Translations under genes and position numbers: made by a program
Origin: Clostridia bacterium
GTDB taxonomy: Bacteria > Bacillota > Clostridia > Oscillospirales > Acutalibacteraceae
Length of the DNA stretch: 32,000 bases
Direction: 5' to 3'
Assembly (NCBI GenBank): GCA_017416485.1
Contig: JAFQCH010000046.1
Span: 1 to 32,000 of the forward strand
Part shown: one piece after another, positions 7,633 through 14,413 of the stretch
Layout of the letters: each line of letters opens with the position of its first letter
Numbering within the stretch: the first letter of the stretch is position 1
The notes under the pieces: generated by a model
Seen by the model: only the letters and a program-made list of their open reading frames with translations
Told to the model about the DNA's origin: nothing
Database searches by the model: none

Positions 7633-7682
7633 TGTGCTTCACACGCAGGAGGTCTGCAGTTCGAGTCTGCACGTCCCCACCA
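7633..7682 (+). tRNA. Orphan tRNA 3' half: part of the anticodon arm, variable loop, T-arm, acceptor 3' strand and encoded CCA. It is a pseudo-tRNA or an att-site remnant.
   Basis: The T-arm is tgcag-ttcgagt-ctgca (7655-7671). The acceptor 3' strand is cgtcccc (7672-7678), followed by discriminator A and CCA (7680-7682). The variable loop is aggtc. The required 5' acceptor strand ggggacg and a canonical D-arm are absent upstream. Confidence 0.6.
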
Positions 7683-7687
7683 AAAAA

Positions 7688-7717
7688 ACAGACAAGCCCT
7701 TGCTTGTCTGTTTTTTT
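7688..7717 (+). terminator. Rho-independent terminator directly after the tRNA-like 3' end
   Basis: The hairpin acagacaagc-cctt-gcttgtctgt is followed by T7. Confidence 0.75.
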
Positions 7718-7719
7718 AT

Positions 7720-7933
7720 CCATTGCGAAAGCAATGGCATATCATCAACGATAGCGCAGCTATCGTTGTATCTCATCAGTCCGTCAGGACTGTATATCAC
7801 CACGCTTTAGCGTGTATCAAAAGAGCTTTCGCAATGATGATATGCAAAACGAAAGTTTTGATGATATGCAACTTCTGCGAAGTTGATGATATGCAATTCC
7901 TGCAGAATTGACGATATACAATGCTTACGCATT
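7720..7933 (+). repeat. Array of 8 copies of a 10-nt motif (4x GCATATCATC-like, then 4x GATGATATGC-like in the opposite orientation) alternating with 8 sequence-unrelated perfect hairpins
   Basis: The left-half (L) motif copies are at 7737 gcatatcatc, 7768 gtatctcatc, 7792 gtatatcacc and 7814 gtatcaaaag. The right-half (R) motif copies, in the opposite orientation, are at 7836, 7860 and 7885 (gatgatatgc) and 7910 (gacgatatac), with 24-25-bp spacing. The hairpins are ccattgc-gaaa-gcaatgg, aacgatagc-gca-gctatcgtt, cagtcc-gtca-ggactg, cacgc-ttta-gcgtg, aaaac-gaaa-gtttt, aacttc-tgc-gaagtt, aattc-ctgca-gaatt and aatgc-ttac-gcatt. Confidence 0.8.
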
Positions 7934-7944
7934 GATTTTTTTTG

Positions 7945-7972
7945 CAGAACCTAAAATGGTTCTGTTTTTTTT
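7945..7972 (+). terminator. Rho-independent terminator closing the repeat array
   Basis: The hairpin cagaacc-taaaat-ggttctg is followed by T8. Confidence 0.7.
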
Positions 7973-7995
7973 GATGAAGAATTTTTTCAATTTAC

Positions 7996-8024
7996 TTGAA
8001 GTTGCGGTTTCTGTGTGCTATAGT
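7996..8024 (+). promoter_or_regulatory. Sigma-A promoter of the second LRR gene
   Basis: TTGAAG (7996-8001), a 17-nt spacer, then TATAGT (8019-8024). Confidence 0.55.
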
Positions 8025-8026
8025 GT

Positions 8027-8212
8027 AATTACCACACTATAATCTAATATTGTTTTTTTCACAAGACAAAACCGTGTTTTTACCTTTTGGTAAAAGCACT
8101 AACTTTGTTATTTCGGTTTTCGTTTTGTGAGACAAGAAATTATAGTGTGGTAGCTAATCGAAGTTAGTGTTTTTCAGTGTGTGCACAACTTCGGTTTGCA
8201 CACACTTTTTTT
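8027..8212 (+). promoter_or_regulatory. Structured ~190-nt 5' leader: a long nested imperfect hairpin followed by an intrinsic terminator with a possible antiterminator
   Basis: The nested pairings are accacactataat (8031-8043) with attatagtgtggt (8140-8152), cacaagacaaaaccg with cggttttcgttttgtg, and gtgtttttacc-tttt-ggtaaaagcac. The terminator agtgtgtgca...tgcacacact plus T6 spans 8176-8212, just before RBS ggagga. The segment cgaagtt (8159-8165) is complementary to aacttcg in the terminator loop. Confidence 0.55.
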
Positions 8213-8230
8213 ATTTTGGAGGACAAAACT

Positions 8231-10339
8231 ATGAAAAAACGAAGCTGCAAAATCTTGTCTGTCATTTTATGTTTGTTGTTATGCCTGTCGGTTGTGTCGC
8301 TGTCGGAAAGTGCTGTCGTAAAGGCAGAGATTATTTATCCTGATCATTATATTCCTTACCATAGCGAATATGGTACTATTTATTATGTAGTTGAGAACAA
8401 CGAGGCTTGCATCGTTGCTTGTAATGAACATGTAACCGACCTTGTTATTCCGTCGGAAATAGACGGTTATCCTGTAACAGGGATTGCTGAATATGCATTC
8501 ATGAATAACTCTATTAAAACTGTTATTATTCCGGATAGTATTACTTATATAGGAGCTGGAGCATTCTATGACTGTAACCTTGAAAGTTTAAATATCCCCG
8601 ATAGTGTTGCTTTCATAGGTGAAGGCGCATTTGCCGATTGTAAAAACCTTGCAAGTGTAAACATTCCGGCTTCAATAGAGACTATCGCAGGAGGATTATT
8701 TGGTGGCTGTGATAATCTTAAAACTGTAAACATCTCTGAAGGTATTCTTTCAATAGAAATGGGTGTTTTTGAAGGATGCAAAAGTCTTACAAGTATTACA
8801 CTGCCGGAATCGTTGCAATATATTGGTGAGGGTGCATTTTGTCTTACAGGCTTAACCTGTCTGGAAATTCCTGCAAATGTAACTTATGTCGGTAACATGT
8901 TTATGGATGTATTTCTAGAAGAATTTATTGTTTCAGAGGAAAACGAGTATTATTGTACTGATGAAAACGGAGTACTGTTTAATAAAGACAAAACAATGTT
9001 GATTGCATGTCCCGGAAGTTTGGATGTTACCTCATATACAATACCGGATGGGGTTATAACAATTGCACCCTATGCTTTTGCTTGCAATTTCAGATTGAAA
9101 GAAATTACAGTTTCTGAAGGTGTAAAAGAAATTGGTGAATGTGCTTTTGCGAATATGGTTTTTCTTGAAAAAATCAATCTTGCATCTACTGTTGAGCGTA
9201 TAGACTTCTGGGCATTTTATTATGACGTTGCGCTCAAAGAGATTGTAATTCCCGAATCAGTCAAATATGTTAATGAATCTTTTGCGCCGCTTTTATCGCT
9301 TGAGAAAGCAGTCATATACAGCAGAGATCTTGATTTGACCGGCAGTTATTTTGGTTGCACTTTAAACCCCGGGAACACGGCAGAGGAGAAAGCAGCTTTT
9401 TGTGCTGCATACCAAAAAAGAATCGTAGCTCAATATACATTCGACGATGAAAAATGGCAGGAAGCGGACAAAGAACTGGAATTATTGAACGAAAAATTCG
9501 GAGATAGAGAAGACCCCTTTGCCTATACCTGCCCCATTTATTGTTATCAGAACTCTTCCGCAGAAGCCTATGCAAAAGAAAACAATATAGAATACAGATA
9601 TATCCGCTGTGAAATTCATACAGAGGAGCTTGTTCCCGGAACTGCTGCCACCTGCACGCAAACAGGTCTGACGGAAGGTAAAAAATGCTCTGTATGCAGT
9701 CTGGTTCTTCTTGAACAGACCGAAATTCCCGTTGAAGACCACGAAATGCAGTCTTGGGTGAATGACTACGACGCAGGCACGGCAACAAGAAACTGCAAAA
9801 ACTGTGCATATACGGAAACGGTTGCACTTGATGTGCAGGATAACAACGATGTTGAGATCATCGCCCCCGAAAATCCCGACCTTGATTTTGACATTGCCGG
9901 CATAGATAAAAACAGTGACTCCTTTGTGCTTGTGCAGAATACTGTCAAAGAAAACACGGAAGATAAATATGAGGTTCTTAAAATGTTTGACATCACACTC
10001 AAAAACAAAGACGGTGTGCATGTGCAACCCGACGGAACCGTAAAAGTCAAACTTCCGCTTGATTTTGCAAGTGAGGGCAATTATAAGGTCTATCGTGTGA
10101 ATGATGACGGAAGTCTTACCGATATGCAAGCTGTCAGAGAAGGAAGCCACATGGTTTTTGAAACGGATCACTTCAGCATTTATGTGATTGTCGGTGATGA
10201 TGTTGCCGTCCAAGAACCGCCTGTTGAAGAAAAACCGCCGCAGGACAGTGAAGAAAACATCTTTGAAACTTTTGCAAATTTCATTCTTACGCTTTTGAAA
10301 TGGATTGCAAGACTTATTGGTATTTTTGAGAAACTATAA
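8231..10339 (+). CDS. Secreted BspA-type leucine-rich-repeat surface protein with a Cys-rich module and a C-terminal amphipathic hydrophobic tail
   Basis: ATG 8231 with RBS GGAGGA and the signal peptide MKKRSCKILSVILCLLLCLSVVSLSESAVVKA is preferred over the track's GTG 8177, which lies inside the leader terminator. LRR units of the form AFxxCxxLxxIxIP are present. CTQTGLTEGKKCSVCS is a Cys module like that in the first LRR protein. The tail is IFETFANFILTLLKWIARLIGIFEKL. The stop is TAA. Confidence 0.85.
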   Translation: MKKRSCKILSVILCLLLCLSVVSLSESAVVKAEIIYPDHYIPYHSEYGTIYYVVENNEACIVACNEHVTDLVIPSEIDGYPVTGIAEYAFMNNSIKTVIIPDSITYIGAGAFYDCNLESLNIPDSVAFIGEGAFADCKNLASVNIPASIETIAGGLFGGCDNLKTVNISEGILSIEMGVFEGCKSLTSITLPESLQYIGEGAFCLTGLTCLEIPANVTYVGNMFMDVFLEEFIVSEENEYYCTDENGVLFNKDKTMLIACPGSLDVTSYTIPDGVITIAPYAFACNFRLKEITVSEGVKEIGECAFANMVFLEKINLASTVERIDFWAFYYDVALKEIVIPESVKYVNESFAPLLSLEKAVIYSRDLDLTGSYFGCTLNPGNTAEEKAAFCAAYQKRIVAQYTFDDEKWQEADKELELLNEKFGDREDPFAYTCPIYCYQNSSAEAYAKENNIEYRYIRCEIHTEELVPGTAATCTQTGLTEGKKCSVCSLVLLEQTEIPVEDHEMQSWVNDYDAGTATRNCKNCAYTETVALDVQDNNDVEIIAPENPDLDFDIAGIDKNSDSFVLVQNTVKENTEDKYEVLKMFDITLKNKDGVHVQPDGTVKVKLPLDFASEGNYKVYRVNDDGSLTDMQAVREGSHMVFETDHFSIYVIVGDDVAVQEPPVEEKPPQDSEENIFETFANFILTLLKWIARLIGIFEKL

Positions 10340-10346
10340 ATAATTT

Positions 10347-10378
10347 AAAAGGGAACGGCACAAACCGTTCCCTTTTTC
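10347..10378. terminator. Bidirectional terminator between convergent genes
   Basis: The hairpin aagggaacgg-cacaaa-ccgttccctt is flanked by A and T runs. The stem sequence is nearly identical to the terminator at 2877-2905. Confidence 0.7.
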
Positions 10379-10392
10379 GTTTGGACTGTTTG

Positions 10393-12636
10393 TCAGCTGA
10401 ACAATGCCTTGAACCAGCTGATGATCGTCATGAAGAAAGCCTTGATTTTTGCAAAGAAGTTGCTTTCATTTTTCAGATTCAACTGCACGTTGACATCTTC
10501 TCTTTCTTCGCCGTCGGCGGTGAAACGGAAGTCATCCACGCTGATGTCTGCACCTGCCGCGCCGAGGTCTGCGAATGTGAATGTCACATTCTTAACATCA
10601 TTGAGCACATTGTGCGAATAGGTGGAGGTTGCCTTGTTGCCCTGCGGATACAGGGTGTTCAGGTCAAGGGTAACGGTGTGCCATTCGCCGTCGGCGGGGA
10701 TGGTTGCATCATCCATGTTTTTTGCAGTGTACCAATCGCAGCTGCTGTTGCCCGTTTCAATGCGCAGTTCGTCAAAACGGACCGCTTCGCTGGATTCCAC
10801 ACGGACTTTGAACGAAAGGGTACCGTAACGGCTCCAGTCGGTGTCAATGTCGTGGAATTTCTGCTGTTTGCCGTTTTCATTATAAGTGAAGTTGGGGCTG
10901 ATGCTGAATGTGTCTGCCGTGCCGTCTGCGCAAACGAGAAGTCCTTTTTCACCGCTGTAAGCACTGGTTGCCTTGAACTTAAGAGTGGCTTTGCTTGCAT
11001 TCCAGGTGTTGTAAAAGCCGCTGAATTCGTTAGCATGGCAATGCCAGAATTCGGAATAATCGCAATTGGTCCACGCGTCATTGTGCCAGAATTTTGTATT
11101 TTTGGTTCTGTTGGTGATAAACGGTGAAACGGCAAGTGTTTTTTCGCCGTTCAGAGTAGCAAACAGATTTGCATTGCAGTTTGTCTGCGAAAATGCGTAG
11201 GTGGCACTGACGGGATTTTTGACGGATTCACTGTAAACTCTGACTGTGTTCGCGTTCACGATTTGTGCATCCGCCGCCACATAAATGCCGTCTTCTCCGC
11301 AAACCGCAAAGCCGTAAATCGTGTCGCCGTCAACCACAAGACCGTCACCCACATTGGCAAGGGTCACATAAATACTGCCGTCCTTGATTGAAATCTTTTC
11401 TTTGTAGGGAGCTGTGTAGCTGTCGTATGCATCATACACAAGGCCGTAAGCCGCAAAAGCCATCTTTTCACCGACTTCCTGCTTGCAGATCGGATGAATG
11501 GCATGGGTGGTGTCGAGGTAAGTTAAGGGCACATCATAAATAGATGTCACGGCACGGCTGTCGGGTTGCAGGGTCTGCATGAATGCAAATTCATCGTTTT
11601 TGTCCTGCAACAGGTTCAGATCTCCGTAGGAGTAAGAAGCCAGCTGCGTGTAAACAATGGGCAGAAGACCGTCATTGTAATTGAAATATTCCGTATAAGA
11701 TTTTTGCAGCAAGTCGAAAGCACGGTTGTATCTGCCGTTGGGCCATGAAATGTCGGTTTCACCCTGATACCAGATCATACCCGACAGACGGAAATTTTTC
11801 AGCGGTGCAATCTTGTCGTTGAAATTGCAGGTCATGTCAGAACCGAAATTGACCTTGTCTTCTTTCCAATCGGAAAGTGCGATATATCTGCCGTCTTCTG
11901 CGATCTCATTGCGGAAGAGGTAGGTATTTTCAATGGTTTCTCTTGAAAGCCATGTCAGAATGGATGTGCCGCCTAAGTTTGCATTGAGAATGCCGACGGG
12001 CATATCCAGTTTTTTAATCATTTCTTCTGCAAAGAAGTAGCCGACCGCACTCAAGCCGTAAACATTTTCATCCGTACCCTTGTACCAATTGGCACCGTTT
12101 GCGTAATCCGTGATCGGTTCTGCAGGATAGTGTTCGATATTGCCGTCATAGCCGCCCTGTGCCGGTACGGCAAGAAAACGCAGTGCAGCACTGCCGACAA
12201 TGCCGTTTTGTTGCATGAGCATACCCGTTTCGGACTGCCCAAGCGGCATCTGCATGTTGGATTGACCGCCTGCCAGCCACAGTTCACCGAACACAACACC
12301 CGTCAATGCGGCAAACTGCTTGTTATTGACGGAAAGGGTGATGGTGTATTCCTCGTAACCGCCTGCGGGAGCAGGAAAACTGACTTTGAATGTACCGTCA
12401 GCGGCAACGACCGCGTTTGCCGTCTGTATGCTTGTGCCTGTTGCGTTTTTAAGGGTCAATGCAATGTTTGCACCGGGCGTGCCCGTGCCGGCAAGCACGG
12501 CTTCATCAAGTTGTTTGAACAGCATATTGTTGCCGTAATAACTGTATAATTTTGCTTCTGCCTGTGCGGCGAAAGTAAAAGCAGCCGTGCTCAGCAAAAG
12601 CGTAGCAGTCATAAGAATGCAGAGTATCTTTTTCAT
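10393..12636 (-). CDS. Secreted SASA-family carbohydrate O-acetylesterase (sialate O-acetylesterase-like) with C-terminal accessory domains
   Basis: The signal peptide is MKKILCILMTATLLLSTAAFTFA. GELWLAGGQSNMQMPL contains the GQSNM catalytic motif, and MIWYQGETD is also present. The protein is 747 aa and ends in TGA. Its C-terminal tail is NFFAKIKAFFMTIISWFKALFS. Confidence 0.8.
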   Translation of the reverse strand: MKKILCILMTATLLLSTAAFTFAAQAEAKLYSYYGNNMLFKQLDEAVLAGTGTPGANIALTLKNATGTSIQTANAVVAADGTFKVSFPAPAGGYEEYTITLSVNNKQFAALTGVVFGELWLAGGQSNMQMPLGQSETGMLMQQNGIVGSAALRFLAVPAQGGYDGNIEHYPAEPITDYANGANWYKGTDENVYGLSAVGYFFAEEMIKKLDMPVGILNANLGGTSILTWLSRETIENTYLFRNEIAEDGRYIALSDWKEDKVNFGSDMTCNFNDKIAPLKNFRLSGMIWYQGETDISWPNGRYNRAFDLLQKSYTEYFNYNDGLLPIVYTQLASYSYGDLNLLQDKNDEFAFMQTLQPDSRAVTSIYDVPLTYLDTTHAIHPICKQEVGEKMAFAAYGLVYDAYDSYTAPYKEKISIKDGSIYVTLANVGDGLVVDGDTIYGFAVCGEDGIYVAADAQIVNANTVRVYSESVKNPVSATYAFSQTNCNANLFATLNGEKTLAVSPFITNRTKNTKFWHNDAWTNCDYSEFWHCHANEFSGFYNTWNASKATLKFKATSAYSGEKGLLVCADGTADTFSISPNFTYNENGKQQKFHDIDTDWSRYGTLSFKVRVESSEAVRFDELRIETGNSSCDWYTAKNMDDATIPADGEWHTVTLDLNTLYPQGNKATSTYSHNVLNDVKNVTFTFADLGAAGADISVDDFRFTADGEEREDVNVQLNLKNESNFFAKIKAFFMTIISWFKALFS

Positions 12637-12787
12637 AAATATTGCCTCCGTAATATATTTGTTTTATTGTAGCAAAATAGATAAAATTTGTAAATAGGAA
12701 ATTTATTTTTTATATCAATAAAACAATGCTTGCTTTTTTTGCTTTAAAAAACTATAATAAAACCAAAATATGACTCGAGGTGAGCAG

Positions 12788-14395
12788 ATGAAAATACTTA
12801 TCAAAGTTGCATCCCGCATCATTACGGCACTTCTGTCTGTCGCAATTTCGTTTTTGGGAGTGATCGGTGTGCAGGTCAACAGAGAGTGGCCGACGAGTGA
12901 ATCGGTTGAAAACAACATAAACACCGGCAAAACCGTTGTGGATGAAGATGCCCGCTATCAGACCATGACAGGCTTCGGTGCTTCCGCTTGCTGGTGGGGC
13001 AAAGATGTCGGTGCATGGGACAATGCAGAAGATGTGATTGCCCTTTTATATGATGACGAAAAGGGAATAGGGCTGAATATTTACCGCTATAACCTCGGTG
13101 CAGGCAGTGAAGGGGACGAAAATATGTATGTTGCCTACAACCGCACCGAAACATTTTTGAATCCCGACGGCACGCTTGATTTTACCAAAGATGCTGCCGC
13201 ACAGAACGCTCTCGCCGTTGCAAAGAAAGTGGCAGGGGATGATCTGCGTGTGGTTCTGTTTGCAAACAGCCCGCCCGTCAGCCTTACCAAAAACGGCAAA
13301 GCCTACGGTGCTCCCGCAGAAGACGGTGTACCGTTTGAAAGCAATATTGCACCTGAAAATTATGAAGCCTATGCAGATTACCTGTATGCCTGTGCGGAAT
13401 ATTTCCTGAACGATGGCTACCGCGTGGTTGATGTGTCCGCTGTCAACGAACCGCAGTACGCATGGCGTGCATGGTACAATGCAGACGGTTCTTTCTCCTG
13501 CAATCAGGAAGGTTGCCACTATGAACCGCAGGAAGTGCTTGACCTGCTGAAAGTGCTTGTTGAAAAGTTCAAGTGCAGTGATGTGGATAAGCAGGGATGC
13601 AAAGTATCTATGTTTGAATCGGGTGAAATACAGGGAAAATGGACGGTTCCTTCCGGGTATATTGATCTGCTTTTAGGTGTCAATAAGGATGATTATTTCT
13701 ATAACCGTTCTTTACGTAAATACTTTGACACCATCACCACCCATGCTTACTGGTCTTCCACCGAAACCAAACAACAGGCTGCAGAATATTTGAATGCAGA
13801 ATACCCCAATTACAACATTGCCTGCACCGAATACTGCCAGATGCTCAATGATTGGAACACGGGTGTGCATGATTATTTTGAACAAAACGGTGCCACCAAC
13901 GGACTGACCATCGACTTCGGTATTGCCATGGCAAATATCATCATGGACGATCTGACCATTCTCAATGCCGTGGAATGGAACTGGTGGACGGGTTGTTCTT
14001 ACGGTGTTTACACCGACGGCCTTGTGTATCTTGATCATAATGACAAAACCAATCTCACCACCGCAAAAAGACTTTGGTGCCTCGGTAACTTCTCGAAATT
14101 CATTGAAGAAGGTGCGGTGCGGATTGCTTGTTCATCCGGCAATGATAATCTTCGCAGTGTTGCATTCCGCAACCCCGACGGTACAACGGCAATCGTTTAT
14201 ATCAACGATACCGCGTCTGCAATTTCCACCGCATTGCCCGAAATGGCTGAAAACGGTTACAGTGTCTATGTAACGGATGTTGCCCGCGATCTTGCAAAAA
14301 TCGAACACAGTGATGCAGTGCTTGATGTTCCTGTCATGTCTGTTGTGACGGTCGTGATCGAAGTTGCAGAAGAAAAGAACAACGGCATTTGCTGA
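12788..14395 (+). CDS. Glycoside hydrolase family 30-like enzyme
   Basis: ATG 12788 with RBS gaggtgag is preferred over ATG 12770, which has no RBS. There is an N-terminal TM/signal segment. Motifs include MTGFGASACWWG, YRYNLGAGS, SPPVSLTKNG and VSAVNEPQY (acid/base Glu in NEP). The stop is TGA. Confidence 0.7.
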   Translation: MKILIKVASRIITALLSVAISFLGVIGVQVNREWPTSESVENNINTGKTVVDEDARYQTMTGFGASACWWGKDVGAWDNAEDVIALLYDDEKGIGLNIYRYNLGAGSEGDENMYVAYNRTETFLNPDGTLDFTKDAAAQNALAVAKKVAGDDLRVVLFANSPPVSLTKNGKAYGAPAEDGVPFESNIAPENYEAYADYLYACAEYFLNDGYRVVDVSAVNEPQYAWRAWYNADGSFSCNQEGCHYEPQEVLDLLKVLVEKFKCSDVDKQGCKVSMFESGEIQGKWTVPSGYIDLLLGVNKDDYFYNRSLRKYFDTITTHAYWSSTETKQQAAEYLNAEYPNYNIACTEYCQMLNDWNTGVHDYFEQNGATNGLTIDFGIAMANIIMDDLTILNAVEWNWWTGCSYGVYTDGLVYLDHNDKTNLTTAKRLWCLGNFSKFIEEGAVRIACSSGNDNLRSVAFRNPDGTTAIVYINDTASAISTALPEMAENGYSVYVTDVARDLAKIEHSDAVLDVPVMSVVTVVIEVAEEKNNGIC

Positions 14396-14413
14396 TAAAC
14401 GGGGGAGAGAAAG

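Larger units (their letters stand above)
2906..7972. mobile_element. Approximately 5-kb accessory island, possibly an integrated episome or satellite-like element. Boundaries are approximate.
   Basis: It is an AT-rich block between two paralogous LRR surface-protein genes. It carries a serine recombinase, an XRE switch, a wHTH Rep-like gene, a GIY-YIG gene, iteron-like repeats, an orphan tRNA 3' half and a motif/hairpin array. No flanking direct repeats could be identified by eye. Confidence 0.45.

Noticed and set aside
7330-7682. Possibility that the T-arm/acceptor/CCA at 7655-7682 is the 3' end of a tmRNA (ssrA) gene
   Set aside because: There is no GGGGACG 5' acceptor strand, no tag-peptide reading frame (…ALAA-stop type) and no pseudoknot-like segments in the preceding ~350 nt. 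An AGGTC-type variable loop directly before the T-stem is typical of a tRNA, not a tmRNA.
7614-7682. tRNA-Sec/opal-suppressor reading (anticodon UCA, 6-bp/4-nt D-like hairpin)
   Set aside because: It has no acceptor 5' strand and no long variable arm. It also has a pyrimidine at position 37 and would require a 6-nt variable loop. It is retained only as an item to exclude computationally.
7720-7933. CRISPR array
   Set aside because: The repeat is only 10 nt. The 'spacers' are 14-21-nt perfect palindromes. The motif orientation flips midway. No cas genes or leader are present.
8019-8152. Invertible promoter (inverton) controlled by the nearby serine recombinase, using the inverted repeats accacactataat/attatagtgtggt
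   Set aside because: The whole interval between the repeats is itself a nested palindrome, which fits a hairpin leader better. Inversion would not reposition the promoter, since the -10 box at 8019-8024 lies outside the repeats. This cannot be excluded without read-level data.
8177-8230. ORF-track start (GTG 8177) for the second LRR protein
   Set aside because: The extension lies inside the leader terminator hairpin and T-run. ATG 8231 has a GGAGGA RBS and begins a canonical signal peptide.
9482-10213. 243-aa minus-strand ORF inside the second LRR gene, and 228-aa ORF 15806..16492 inside GH2
   Set aside because: They are antisense shadow ORFs within genes that have strong domain evidence.
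10381-11135. 248-aa plus-strand ORF and 158-aa minus-strand ORF overlapping the SASA esterase gene
   Set aside because: They are alternative-frame or antisense shadows of a 747-aa gene with clear family motifs. They have an odd composition and no RBS.
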